In this document: positions 9,128-18,990 of the stretch, one piece after another | Position numbering within the stretch: the stretch's first letter is position 1 | Layout: the number at the start of each line of letters is the position of its first letter | NCBI GenBank assembly: GCA_963833915.1 | Contig: CAWHZO010000003.1 | Location: 43,592 to 107,591 of the forward strand | Length of the DNA: 64,000 nucleotides | Direction of reading: 5' to 3' | Source: an uncultured Actinomycetota bacterium | GTDB lineage: Bacteria; Actinomycetota; Actinomycetes; Mycobacteriales; Mycobacteriaceae | Program-made: the position numbers and the translations under genes | Notes under the pieces: generated by a model | Told to the model about the DNA's origin: nothing | Database searches by the model: none | What the model saw: only the letters and a program-made list of their open reading frames with translations

Positions 9128-11114
9128 AGGTCACTCGTCAGGACATTCGACGAAGTATTCGGGGTATACCGGTGGACCTGACCCACTGGCTCCGCCGGTG
9201 GACTTGCGCGAGGCCCTCGAGCAGATCGGGCAGGACGTCATGGCGGGCACGTCGCCACGCCGTGCGCTGTCCGAGCTGCTGCGCCGCGGCACCAAGAACA
9301 TGACCGGAGCCGACCGGCTGGCCGCGGAAGCCAACCGTCGGCGACGAGAATTGCTGCGCGAGAACAACTTAGACGGCACCCTGCAGGAGATCAAAAAGCT
9401 GCTCGACGATGCGGTGCTGGCTGAGCGCAAGGAATTGGCGCGTGCGTTGGACGACGACGCCCGCTTCGGCGAGCTGCAACTGGATGCGCTGTCGCCGTCG
9501 CCGGCTAAAGCGGTGCAAGAGCTTTCCGAGTACAGCTGGCGCAGCAACGAGGCGCGGGAAAAGTACGAGCAGATCAAGGATCTGCTCGGCCGGGAGATGC
9601 TCGACCAGCGCTTCGCCGGCATGAAGCAGGCGCTGGAAGGGGCCACCGACGAGGACCGTCAGCGCGTCAACGACATGCTCAACGACCTCAACGACTTGTT
9701 GGACAAGCACTCGAAAGGGCAAGATTCCCAACAAGATTTCCAGGACTTCATGGACAAGCACGGCGAGTTCTTCCCAGAGAACCCGCAGAATGTCGAGGAG
9801 CTGCTGGACTCGTTGGCCAAGCGGGCGGCGGCAGCCCAACGGTTCCGTAACAGCCTGAGCCCGGATCAGCGGGCCGAGTTGGATGCGTTGGCGCAGCAGG
9901 CATTCGGTTCGCCGGCGTTGATGCAGGCGCTGGATAGACTTGACTCCCATTTGCAGGCGGCCCGGCCCGGTGAGGACTGGGACGGCTCGTCGCAATTCTC
10001 CGGCGACAACCCGCTGGGCATGGGTGAAGGGGCCCAGGCGCTGGCCGATATCGGCGAGCTGGAACAACTCGCCGAGCAGCTGTCGCAGAGCTATCCCGGC
10101 GCGTCGATGGATGACGTCGACCTCGACGCACTGGCCCGCCAGCTAGGCGACCAGGCCGCCATCGACGCGCAGACACTGTCCGAGCTCGAGCGTGCGCTGA
10201 TGAATCAGGGTTTTCTCGACCGCAGCTCGGACGGCCAGTGGCGGTTGTCACCGAAGGCGATGCGGCGGCTGGGCGAGACAGCACTGCGCGATGTGGCGCA
10301 GCAACTCTCCAGCCGTCGCGGCGAACGCGAACTGCGACGTGCTGGAGCCGCGGGCGAGCTGACCGGCGCAACCCGGCCCTGGCAGTTCGGCGACACCGAG
10401 CCGTGGAACGTCACCCGGACACTCACCAACGCCGTCCTGCGGCAGGCCGGCACGAAGGCGGGCCACCCGAACTCCGCCATCCACGTCACCGTCGACGACG
10501 TCGAGGTGTCCGAAACCGAGACCCGCACGCAGTCCGCGGTCGCGCTGTTGGTGGACACCTCGTTCTCGATGGTGATGGAGAACCGCTGGCTGCCGATGAA
10601 ACAAACAGCGCTCGCGCTCGACCACCTGGTGCGCACCCGGTTTCGTTCAGATGCGTTGCAGATCATCGCATTTGGCCGCTATGCGCGAACAATGACAAGC
10701 GCAGAACTGATGGGCCTGGAAGGCGTGTACGAGCAGGGCACCAACCTGCATCACGCGCTGGCGCTGGCCGGCCGGCATCTGCGTCGCCATCCCAATGCGC
10801 AGCCTGTCGTGTTGGTCGTCACCGACGGCGAGCCGACCGCGCATCTGGAAGACGTCGATGGCAGCGGACGTTCCGCGGTTTTTTTTGATTACCCGCCGCA
10901 TCCGCGGACCATCGCTAACACCGTGCGCGGCTTTGACGAGATGGCCCGGCTGGGTGCGCAAGTCACCATCTTCCGGTTGGGCAACGACCCTGGGCTGGCC
11001 CGGTTCATCGACCAGGTTGCCCGCCGGGTCGAGGGTCGGGTCGTCGTTCCGGATCTCGATGGGCTGGGCGCGGCCGTGGTCGGCGACTACCTGCGATCCC
11101 GCCGTCGCCGGTAG
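9120..11114 (+). CDS. VWA domain-containing protein (Rv0959-like)
   Basis: 664 aa. Its ATG overlaps the previous stop by 8 nt. The C-terminal VWA/MIDAS-like region includes LLVDTSFSM and VVTDGEPT. Confidence 0.85.
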   Translation: MAKGHSSGHSTKYSGYTGGPDPLAPPVDLREALEQIGQDVMAGTSPRRALSELLRRGTKNMTGADRLAAEANRRRRELLRENNLDGTLQEIKKLLDDAVLAERKELARALDDDARFGELQLDALSPSPAKAVQELSEYSWRSNEAREKYEQIKDLLGREMLDQRFAGMKQALEGATDEDRQRVNDMLNDLNDLLDKHSKGQDSQQDFQDFMDKHGEFFPENPQNVEELLDSLAKRAAAAQRFRNSLSPDQRAELDALAQQAFGSPALMQALDRLDSHLQAARPGEDWDGSSQFSGDNPLGMGEGAQALADIGELEQLAEQLSQSYPGASMDDVDLDALARQLGDQAAIDAQTLSELERALMNQGFLDRSSDGQWRLSPKAMRRLGETALRDVAQQLSSRRGERELRRAGAAGELTGATRPWQFGDTEPWNVTRTLTNAVLRQAGTKAGHPNSAIHVTVDDVEVSETETRTQSAVALLVDTSFSMVMENRWLPMKQTALALDHLVRTRFRSDALQIIAFGRYARTMTSAELMGLEGVYEQGTNLHHALALAGRHLRRHPNAQPVVLVVTDGEPTAHLEDVDGSGRSAVFFDYPPHPRTIANTVRGFDEMARLGAQVTIFRLGNDPGLARFIDQVARRVEGRVVVPDLDGLGAAVVGDYLRSRRRR

Positions 11115-11146
11115 CAATCCGACGTCGTCAGTAGCCGGTCGGCGGG

Positions 11147-11749
11147 CTAGCGCTGGGTCTTGCGGTTCTTCCGCCTGACACCAACACCGCCCCACAGGGA
11201 GAAACCGCGAATCCGTACGGTCGGCGCGCCGGGCGTGCCTTGTCCGGCCACCTCATGATCGAACCCACCCATCACGCCGTGGCCGTCGATCTCAACGTTG
11301 ACCTCGGGAGGCAACAAGATCGTCTGGCCCCCCATGATCGAACACGCATGGATGTCGACCTCGGTGGAGGTGAAGTCGGCGTAGCGGAGGTCGATCACCC
11401 CGCCACCCCACAGCGCGAACGTCGTCAGCTTCTTCGGCACATTCCAGCGGCCGCGGCGCTCGAACGCACTCATGATGGCCAGCAGCAGCATCGATGGCGC
11501 GGGCTTAGCGGCGGCGCCGCGTCGGGGACTCAGCGACGACCCCAGCAGATCCGACCGAAGAGAATCCAGCTCGTCGTAGGTCTCTGCGGCGTATGCCCTG
11601 GTGAGTCGGTCTTCGTAATCGCTCATCTGCAGTTGGCCCTGAGCGGCGGCGTCAGTGAGCAACTGAGCGACCTCAATGCGATCGGTCTCGGCGGCACGCT
11701 TCACGGCGTTCCGCTTTTCCTGCGCGCCTCGCTGCGCTGATTTGCTCAT
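11147..11749 (-). CDS. DUF1707 / LiaF-C-like domain protein (Rv0966c-like)
   Basis: ORF 11147..11812. ATG at 11749 (MSKSAQRG) is preferred. DUF1707 motif DRIEVAQLLTDAAAQGQL..DYEDRL, with a beta-rich C-terminal domain. Confidence 0.65.
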   Translation of the reverse strand: MSKSAQRGAQEKRNAVKRAAETDRIEVAQLLTDAAAQGQLQMSDYEDRLTRAYAAETYDELDSLRSDLLGSSLSPRRGAAAKPAPSMLLLAIMSAFERRGRWNVPKKLTTFALWGGGVIDLRYADFTSTEVDIHACSIMGGQTILLPPEVNVEIDGHGVMGGFDHEVAGQGTPGAPTVRIRGFSLWGGVGVRRKNRKTQR

Positions 11750-11825
11750 CAGTGATGAGCCTACGACGAACATTTTTTGCTGCAAGGCATCTTGGCGAAA
11801 CTGTTGCGCCACCCTCAGACTTCGC

Positions 11826-13223
11826 TTAGGTGCCGGGGTCAGGGCTGTTCGCCGTGCGCTGCGCCTTGTGCGCGGCGCGTTCGGTGAGTTGGTCGTAGAT
11901 GGATTCAGATCGCAGGGCGATGGCGACCAGCATCGCGATAGCGCACGCGCCCAGCATCGGTGACAGCTGGTTGGCGTTGCCGGTCATCTCGGTGGCGAGG
12001 ATCAGGCCGGTGACCGGGGCGTGCACCGTCGCGGCGAAGAAGGCGGCCATCCCGATGAGGGCGCAGGCGGCGAGGCTGGGCGCGGAATGCGGTGACACGT
12101 GTTTGGCGACGAGTCCGACGATCAACCCGGCGTCCGATCCGAGTACCAGCATGGGCGCGAACAGGCCGCCGGGTGTGGCGGCCGCATAGGAGACAACTCC
12201 CAGCACGAAACGGAGGACCAGCACGCCGGTCACCGCGGCCAGCGTGCCGCGGCCGAGGAGCGCGCTTTGGGTAAGGTTGTCGCCGCCGCCCACCAGGTCT
12301 GGGGCGGCCCAGACGAGCACCCCGATGAGTACTCCGGTCAGGGCGGCGCGGACTTCTTTCGGCCAACGGCTGGCGTCGCCGCGATGGAGCGCGAACATCA
12401 CCGCCTTGTTGTAGAGCACGCCGAGAACACCGGTGGCAATTCCAATGGCGAACACCCAACCGGACTCGGTGAGCCGGGGGCCGGCCAGCGTGCTCATCTC
12501 GAACTCGGTCTTTGATTCCACCAAGAGGTGAGCCGCGGCGAAACCAGACGCGGACGCCACGAGTGTGGCGACCGTGGTGCGCGGGTCGAAGCGTTTGACG
12601 AGCTCCTCGAGGACGAATACGCCACCTGCGATGGGTGCGTTGAAGGCGGTGGCGAGTCCGGCCGCGGCGCCACCGGCGACCAGGACACGCAAGTCGGCGA
12701 GATTGCGTCGAGTGAGGGTGGCGACGATGACGGCTGCGGTTCCGCCCATCTGGACCGAAGGTCCCTCGCGGCCCAGGGCCAGGCCACTGCCAATCGCCAG
12801 AAGCCCACCGATGTATTTCACTGGCAGGATCCGGAATCGGTCGGGCTGGACGCGGCCCTCGGCGACCGCCTCGACACGCGGAATCCCGCTCCCCTCAGCG
12901 TGCGGTTCGATCCGGTGTACCAAGGCGGCAGCGATCGTGGTGGCAATGGCGCAAACCACGACGACGACGATCACGCCCCACCAGGAACCATGCGCCCAGC
13001 CGGCCAGGCTGGTACGTAGCTGCGCCGCACGTTCGAGGAGGAGTCGGAAGGTGGCTGCGCTGAGGCCGGTGAGAACCCCGACCAGCGCGGCTGCCAACAC
13101 GAACCCAATCAGGCTTTCGGCGCCCTCGCCGCGTGCATCGACGGGGTGTGTAGTTGGGCGCTGCCAGCCGGTGAGCAAGCTGCGAAGCCACTCTCGCCAG
13201 CTAGCGGTTTGATTGTCTTCCAC
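11826..13223 (-). CDS. ClC family chloride channel / H+-Cl- antiporter
   Basis: 465 aa with the ClC signature motifs GSGIP, GREGP and GGLFAP. Confidence 0.85.
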   Translation of the reverse strand: MEDNQTASWREWLRSLLTGWQRPTTHPVDARGEGAESLIGFVLAAALVGVLTGLSAATFRLLLERAAQLRTSLAGWAHGSWWGVIVVVVVCAIATTIAAALVHRIEPHAEGSGIPRVEAVAEGRVQPDRFRILPVKYIGGLLAIGSGLALGREGPSVQMGGTAAVIVATLTRRNLADLRVLVAGGAAAGLATAFNAPIAGGVFVLEELVKRFDPRTTVATLVASASGFAAAHLLVESKTEFEMSTLAGPRLTESGWVFAIGIATGVLGVLYNKAVMFALHRGDASRWPKEVRAALTGVLIGVLVWAAPDLVGGGDNLTQSALLGRGTLAAVTGVLVLRFVLGVVSYAAATPGGLFAPMLVLGSDAGLIVGLVAKHVSPHSAPSLAACALIGMAAFFAATVHAPVTGLILATEMTGNANQLSPMLGACAIAMLVAIALRSESIYDQLTERAAHKAQRTANSPDPGT

Positions 13224-13300
13224 GCCTACTGCTTATCCGAGGCCGCGACGGCGAATCATCGCGGGGTCGGCGTCAGCAGGCAGGAGAGCGCTCGGCAGCG

Positions 13301-14080
13301 TCAGGAAGTCGCCCAGCGAGGTGGGCGTTTCTCCAGGAATGCCAGCATGCCCTCCCGGGCCTCGTCGGAGACGAACAGCCGCGTCGACTCGGCGCCGAGG
13401 CGCTCGGCGTCGCGGTCGAACCCGTCCAGGACAGCGGCGGTTGTCAGCGCCTTGGACGCGGCCAGCCCCTGCGGTGAGGCGCGCCCGATGTCGGCGACCA
13501 GCGATGCCACCGCGGCGTCGACGTCGTCGGCGGCCATCGTGATCAGACCGATCTCGGCAGCGGTGGTGGCGTCGAACGTCTCACCGGTCAGGTAATAACG
13601 GGCGGCGGCGCGGGCGGACATTTTCGGCAGCAAGGTCAGCGAGATGATCGCCGGCGCGACTCCGATGCGGGCCTCGGTCAGCGCGAAGGTGCTGCGTGGT
13701 CCGGCGACGGCGATATCGCACGCAGCGACCAGCCCCATGCCGCCGGCACGGACATGTCCGTCGACGGCGACGATCACCGGCAGGGGTGACTCGACGATGG
13801 CGCGCAGCAGCGCGGCGGCTCCTCTGGACCGCTCGGCGGCCGCCTCAGCGGGATCCGTGCTCGTTGCCTCCGACCCCTGGGAGAGGTCGGCGCCTGCGCA
13901 AAAGGTGTTCCCGGTGTGGCCGAGCACCACGGCCCGCACCGCGGGATCATCCGCCGCGTCGCGCAGGCCCTGCTGCAACTGGCTGACCAACGTCGCGGAC
14001 AGCGCGTTGCGGTTGTGCGGCGAATTCAGCGTCAGCCGAGCTACGTGCCCGTCGGCGGCGTAGTCGACCAATGTGTCCAT
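13301..14080 (-). CDS. echA7: Enoyl-CoA hydratase (Rv0971c-like)
   Basis: 259 aa crotonase fold (FCAGADL, VDGHVRAGG). Last gene of the acyl-CoA carboxylase operon; its start overlaps the fadE12 stop by 1 nt. Confidence 0.85.
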   Translation of the reverse strand: MDTLVDYAADGHVARLTLNSPHNRNALSATLVSQLQQGLRDAADDPAVRAVVLGHTGNTFCAGADLSQGSEATSTDPAEAAAERSRGAAALLRAIVESPLPVIVAVDGHVRAGGMGLVAACDIAVAGPRSTFALTEARIGVAPAIISLTLLPKMSARAAARYYLTGETFDATTAAEIGLITMAADDVDAAVASLVADIGRASPQGLAASKALTTAAVLDGFDRDAERLGAESTRLFVSDEAREGMLAFLEKRPPRWATS

Positions 14081-15246
14081 CAGTAGGACCGGGGCAGACC
14101 AAGCGAAGTCTGCGCGACAAAGTTGAGCACCATCTCCCGGCTGACCGGCGCGATACGACCGAGCCGGGCCGATGCCAGCATGGCGGCGACGCCGTACTCC
14201 TTGGTCAGCCCGTTGCCGCCCAGGGACTGGACGGCCTGATCGACCGAGCGCGTCGCGGCCTCGGCCGCAGCGTATTTGGCCATGTTGGCGGCTTCGGCCG
14301 CACCCCCGTCGTCGCCGCTGTCGTAGAGCGTCGCCGCCTTCTGCATCATCAGCTTGGCCAGTTCAACCTCGATGTGGCACTGCGCCAACGGATGTGACAA
14401 GCCCTGGTGCGCGCCGATCGGCGTTCCCCACACTTGCCGGGTCTTGACGTAGTCGGTGGCCCGGTCCAGCGCGAAGCGCCCCATCCCGACCGAGCTTGCC
14501 GCGCCCATGATGCGCTCTGGATTCAGACCCGCGAAAAGCTGTGCGATCGCAGCATCTTCGGCGCCGACGAGCGCGTCGCTGGGCAGCCGCACGTCATCGA
14601 GGAAGACCTGGAACTGCCGCTCGGGGCTGATCAACTCCATCTCGATCGGGGTGTAGGTGAAACCGGGCGCATCGGTGGGCACCACGAAGAGCGCCGGTCG
14701 TAGCTTGCCCGTCTTGGCTTCCTCGGAGCGTGCGACCACCAGCACCGCCTGAGCCTGATCGACGCCGGAGATGTAGACCTTCTGCCCCTTCAGGATCCAG
14801 TCGCTGCCGTCGCGACGGGCGGTGGTGGTGATCTTGTGCGAGTTGGATCCGGCGTCGGGCTCGGTGATCGCGAACGCCATCGTCAGCGAGCCGTCGGCGA
14901 TACCGGGAATCCAACGCTTCTTCTGCTCATCGGTACCGAACTTGGAAATGATCGTGCCGTTGATGGCGGGCGACACCACCATCAGCAGCAGCGCGCTACC
15001 CGCGGCCGCCATTTCCTCCATCACCAGCGACAGCTCGTACATGCCGGCGCCGCCGCCGCCGTATTCCTCAGGAAGATTCACTCCCAAGAATCCGAGTTTT
15101 CCTGCCTCGGACCATAATTCATCCGTGTGTTCGTGCGCGCGCGCCTTCTTCAGGTAGTACTCGCTGCCATAACTGGATGCCCATCCGGACACCGCCTTGC
15201 GCAGCGCCTTGCGGTCTTCGTTTTCGATGAAGCTGCTGTCGGTCAT
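14080..15246 (-). CDS. fadE12: Acyl-CoA dehydrogenase (Rv0972c-like)
   Basis: 388 aa ACAD family (AFAITEPDAGS, GGNGLTKEY). ATGA overlap with the accA2 stop. Confidence 0.85.
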   Translation of the reverse strand: MTDSSFIENEDRKALRKAVSGWASSYGSEYYLKKARAHEHTDELWSEAGKLGFLGVNLPEEYGGGGAGMYELSLVMEEMAAAGSALLLMVVSPAINGTIISKFGTDEQKKRWIPGIADGSLTMAFAITEPDAGSNSHKITTTARRDGSDWILKGQKVYISGVDQAQAVLVVARSEEAKTGKLRPALFVVPTDAPGFTYTPIEMELISPERQFQVFLDDVRLPSDALVGAEDAAIAQLFAGLNPERIMGAASSVGMGRFALDRATDYVKTRQVWGTPIGAHQGLSHPLAQCHIEVELAKLMMQKAATLYDSGDDGGAAEAANMAKYAAAEAATRSVDQAVQSLGGNGLTKEYGVAAMLASARLGRIAPVSREMVLNFVAQTSLGLPRSY

Positions 15247-17243
15247 TGTGCGTCTCCTTCTGCTTCGGGATCTTGGGGCGCGTCGACTCGCGCTAGGACG
15301 GCGCCGACTTCGACTTGGTCGCCGGTATCGACGTTGAGCTCGGCGAGAACGCCGGCGGTCGGTGCCGCGATGGTGTGCTCCATCTTCATCGCCTCAAGCC
15401 AGATCAGCGGCTGACCGGCCGTCACGGCATCGCCGACCGCGGCGCCAAGCCGGATGACGTTGCCGGGCATGGGCGCTACCAGCGAACCCTTCTCGACGGC
15501 TGATCCCGGCTCCGGGAACCGGGGCAGCGCGACCAGGTGGACCGGCCCGTGGGCCGAGTCGACGTAGACGTCCTGATCGTGGCGTGCCACCGCGAAGCTG
15601 CGTGCCACTCCGTTGCCGTCGGCCAACACGACTTCGTCGGCCGAGGCCGAGACCAGCTGTATCGATAGGTCGGCTGGCAGCACCAATCCGGTTCGGATGA
15701 AACGGTATTCGACGCGATACTCTGTGCCGCCGTCGTCGAGGTAGGTCTTGGTCTGGTAGCCCGAAGCCACGTTGCGCCACCCGCTGGGAATCGACCCGAA
15801 CACGGTGGCCGTCGATCGGTTGTGTACGGCGTCGGCGAGCGCCGCCGCGATCGCGGACAACCGGACGTCGTCGGCGCCGGCCAGCGGCGCCGCCAGGTCG
15901 GCCAGGCCGTGAGTCTCGAAGAACGCGGTGTCGGTGGCGCCGTCCAGAAACGCCGGATGCCGCAACACGTTGACCAGCAGATCGCGGTTGGTACGCACAC
16001 CGTGCAGGTGGCTGCGGGTCAACGCGTCGGCCAGCACCATCGCTGCCTGCCGACGGGTCGGGGCATACGAGATGACCTTGGCCAGCATCGGGTCGTAGTG
16101 GATCGAGACCACCGAACCATCGACGATTCCGGAATCCAGCCGGATTCCGGTTCGCGACCCGAGCGTGGTGAACTCGGTGCGGGCCACCGGTACGTCAATG
16201 CGGTGAACCGAGCCGGCCTGTGGCTGCCAGTCCCGCGCGGGATCCTCGGCGTAGAGGCGTGCTTCGATGGAAGACCCTTGCGCAGCAGGTGGTTCGGCGT
16301 CCAGTCGGCCGCCGTCAGCGACCGCTATCTGCAGTTCGACCAGGTCGAGTCCGGTGGTCTCCTCGGTGACCGGGTGCTCGACCTGCAGCCTGGTGTTCAT
16401 CTCCAGGAAGTAGAACTCGCCGTCATCGTCGGCGAGGAACTCCACCGTCCCCGCCCCGGTGTAGGCGATCGCTCCGGCGGCCAGCCTGGCCGCGTCGAAC
16501 AGCTTGGCCCGCATCCCCGGTGTGCGCTCGACCAACGGTGACGGCGCTTCCTCGATGATCTTTTGGTGGCGACGTTGAATCGAACATTCCCGTTCCCCGA
16601 CCGCCCACACCGTGCCGTGGCTGTCGGCGAGAACTTGAACCTCAACGTGGTGTCCGGTAGGCAGGTAGCGCTCGCAGAAGACGATGGGGTCACCGAACGC
16701 CGATTGCGCCTCGCGCTGCGCAGCAGCGACTTCGCTTGGCAGTGCGTCCAATTCGTACACCACTCGCATCCCACGCCCGCCACCGCCGGAGGAGGCCTTC
16801 ACCAGAACCGGCAACTGGTCGGCGGTGACGGTTTCCGGGTCGAGTTCGTCGAGCACCGGAACTCCGGCCGCCGCCATCAGCTTTTTGGACTCGATCTTGG
16901 AACCCATCGCGCGCACCGCATCCACCGGCGGGCCGATCCACGTCAGGCCGGCGTCTTGTACCGCCGCTGCGAAGTCGGCATTCTCCGAGAGGAATCCGTA
17001 GCCGGGGTGCACCGCGTCAGCGTCGGCAGCACGGGCCGCGGCGATCAGCGCGTCGGCGTTGAGATAGTCGTTGGTCTGTGGCAGCCGCACCCGGGCGTCG
17101 GCTTCGGCGACATGAGGTGCAGCCGCGTCGGGGTCGGTGTAGACGGCGACGGTGCTCAGACCCAGACGCCGGCAAGTGGCGAAAACTCGCCGGGCGATCT
17201 CCCCCCGATTGGCGACCAACACTCGAGTGATTCCCATGCCCAT
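15243..17243 (-). CDS. accA2: Acyl-CoA carboxylase alpha subunit (biotin carboxylase + BCCP), Rv0973c-like
   Basis: True start MGMGITRVLVANRGEIA at 17243 (ATGA overlap with the accD2 stop). It has an ATP-grasp domain and a C-terminal biotinyl motif, EAMKME. The 5' 113 codons of ORF 15243..17582 overlap accD2 and are rejected. Confidence 0.9.
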   Translation of the reverse strand: MGMGITRVLVANRGEIARRVFATCRRLGLSTVAVYTDPDAAAPHVAEADARVRLPQTNDYLNADALIAAARAADADAVHPGYGFLSENADFAAAVQDAGLTWIGPPVDAVRAMGSKIESKKLMAAAGVPVLDELDPETVTADQLPVLVKASSGGGGRGMRVVYELDALPSEVAAAQREAQSAFGDPIVFCERYLPTGHHVEVQVLADSHGTVWAVGERECSIQRRHQKIIEEAPSPLVERTPGMRAKLFDAARLAAGAIAYTGAGTVEFLADDDGEFYFLEMNTRLQVEHPVTEETTGLDLVELQIAVADGGRLDAEPPAAQGSSIEARLYAEDPARDWQPQAGSVHRIDVPVARTEFTTLGSRTGIRLDSGIVDGSVVSIHYDPMLAKVISYAPTRRQAAMVLADALTRSHLHGVRTNRDLLVNVLRHPAFLDGATDTAFFETHGLADLAAPLAGADDVRLSAIAAALADAVHNRSTATVFGSIPSGWRNVASGYQTKTYLDDGGTEYRVEYRFIRTGLVLPADLSIQLVSASADEVVLADGNGVARSFAVARHDQDVYVDSAHGPVHLVALPRFPEPGSAVEKGSLVAPMPGNVIRLGAAVGDAVTAGQPLIWLEAMKMEHTIAAPTAGVLAELNVDTGDQVEVGAVLARVDAPQDPEAEGDAQ

Positions 17244-18838
17244 CACATCCGGAAGACGCCGAAGTTCGACGTCCCTTTGATCGGGCCGTTGGCGATGGCG
17301 GACAAACACATTCCCAGCACGGTGCGAGTATCGCGCGGGTCGATAACCCCGTCGTCGTAGAGCATTCCGGACAAGACCAACGGCAGCGACTCGGCCTCGA
17401 TCTGACCCTCGACGGCGGCCCGCATCGCGGCGTCGGCCTCTTCGTCGACCTGCTGGCCGCGGGCCTGGGCGGCGGCCCGGCTGACAATCGAGAGCACCCC
17501 GGCGAGTTGTGCGCCGCCCATCACCGCGGATTTGGCGCTGGGCCAGGCGAAGAGAAAACGCGGATCGTAGGCGCGCCCGCACATGCCGTAGTGGCCCGCG
17601 CCGTACGAGGCGCCGATCAGCAGCGAGATGTGTGGGACGGTGGAGTTGGAGACGGCGTTGATCATCATCGAGCCGTGCTTGATCATTCCGCCCTCCTCGT
17701 AGTCCTTGCCGACCATGTAGCCGGTGGTGTTGTGCAAGAACAACAATGGCGTGTCAGAGCGGTTGGCAAGCTGAATGAACTGGGTGGCCTTCTGCGACTC
17801 CTCGCTGAACAGCACCCCCCGCGCGTTAGCCAGGATGCCCAGCGGATAGCCATGAAGCCGCGCCCAGCCGGTCACCAACGACGACCCGTACATCGGCTTG
17901 AATTCGTCGAACTCGGAGCCGTCGGCAATGCGGGCGATCACCTCGCGCGGGTCGAACGGGATGCGCAGATCGGGCGGCACGATGCCGATCAGCTCCTCGG
18001 CGTCGAACAGCGGCTCGGTGACCGGCGCAGGCGCGGGCCCCTGCTTGGCCCAGTTCAGCCGGGCGACGATGCGACGACCGATCCGGATCGCGTCGAGCTC
18101 GTCGACGGCGAAGTAGTCGGCCAAACCCGATATGCGGGCGTGCATTTCGGCACCACCCAGTGATTCATCGTCGGATTCCTCCCCGGTGGCCATCTTGACC
18201 AGCGGGGGGCCGGCAAGGAACACCTTCGAGCGTTCCTTGATCATCACCACGTGGTCGGACATGCCGGGAATGTAGGCGCCGCCCGCGGTGGAGTTGCCGA
18301 ACACCAGCGCGATGGTCGGGATGCCTGCGGCCGACAATCGGGTCAGGTCCCGGAACATCTGCCCGCCGGGAACAAAGATCTCCTTCTGGGTGGGCAGGTC
18401 GGCACCGCCCGATTCCACCAGGGAAATGACGGGAAGCCGATTCTGGAGGGCGATCTGGTTGGCCCGCAGTATCTTTCGCAATGTCCACGGATTACTGGTG
18501 CCGCCTTTGACCGTGGGGTCATTGGCGACGATCAAGCACTCCACTCCGCTCACCGCGCCGATGCCGGCGACTGTGCTGGCGCCGACCTTGAACGCGCTGC
18601 CCCAGGCCGCCAGGGGACTCAGTTCGAGAAACGGCGAGTCCGGGTCGACGAGCAGTTCGATGCGTTCCCGCGCCGTGAGCTTGCCGCGCGCATGGTGTCT
18701 CTCCACATACTTCGGGCCGCCGCCATCGAGCGCTTCTTTGAGTGCCGCGTCGATCTCGTCGAGCCTTAAGGCCGCCGCGGCGGCCGCGTCGCTGAAGGTG
18801 TCGGCCTTGGGGTCGAGCGTCGACTGCAAGACGGTCAT
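17243..18838 (-). CDS. accD2: Acyl-CoA carboxylase beta subunit (carboxyltransferase), Rv0974c-like
   Basis: 531 aa carboxyltransferase domain, typical of the methylcrotonyl/geranyl-CoA carboxylase beta family. Confidence 0.9.
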   Translation of the reverse strand: MTVLQSTLDPKADTFSDAAAAAALRLDEIDAALKEALDGGGPKYVERHHARGKLTARERIELLVDPDSPFLELSPLAAWGSAFKVGASTVAGIGAVSGVECLIVANDPTVKGGTSNPWTLRKILRANQIALQNRLPVISLVESGGADLPTQKEIFVPGGQMFRDLTRLSAAGIPTIALVFGNSTAGGAYIPGMSDHVVMIKERSKVFLAGPPLVKMATGEESDDESLGGAEMHARISGLADYFAVDELDAIRIGRRIVARLNWAKQGPAPAPVTEPLFDAEELIGIVPPDLRIPFDPREVIARIADGSEFDEFKPMYGSSLVTGWARLHGYPLGILANARGVLFSEESQKATQFIQLANRSDTPLLFLHNTTGYMVGKDYEEGGMIKHGSMMINAVSNSTVPHISLLIGASYGAGHYGMCGRAYDPRFLFAWPSAKSAVMGGAQLAGVLSIVSRAAAQARGQQVDEEADAAMRAAVEGQIEAESLPLVLSGMLYDDGVIDPRDTRTVLGMCLSAIANGPIKGTSNFGVFRM

Positions 18839-18990
18839 ATACGCCGCTTCTCCTCATCGCTTCGCTCTGCATCGTCGTCGGCGCTAGTCATGCGCCGCTT
18901 CTCCTCATCGCTTCGCTCTGCATCGTCGTCGGCGCTAGTCATGCGCCGCTTCTCCTCATCGCTTCGCTCTGCATCGTCGTCGGCGGTCAT
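18835..18990 (-). CDS. Repeat-encoded 51-aa mini-ORF (MT(A/S)ADDDAERSDEEKRR x3)
   Basis: Its ATG 18990 overlaps the fadE13 TGA (ATGA). Its TGA 18837-18835 overlaps the accD2 ATG (ATGA). The repeat units are multiples of 3 in this frame. Translation is not proven. Confidence 0.35.
   Translation of the reverse strand: MTADDDAERSDEEKRRMTSADDDAERSDEEKRRMTSADDDAERSDEEKRRI
18836..18987. repeat. MIRU-like tandem repeat, 53/51/48-bp units, 3 copies
   Basis: cat(at)(a/g)cgccgcttctcctcatcgcttcgctctgcatcgtcgtcggcg(cta)gt at 18836-18888, 18889-18939 and 18940-18987. It fills the entire fadE13-accD2 spacer. Confidence 0.9.

Noticed and set aside
17244-17582. 113-codon N-terminal extension of the accA2 ORF
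   Set aside because: It overlaps the 3' end of accD2, is Arg-rich low-complexity sequence, and the conserved biotin carboxylase N-terminus (MGITRVLVANRGEIA) starts at the ATGA overlap at 17243.
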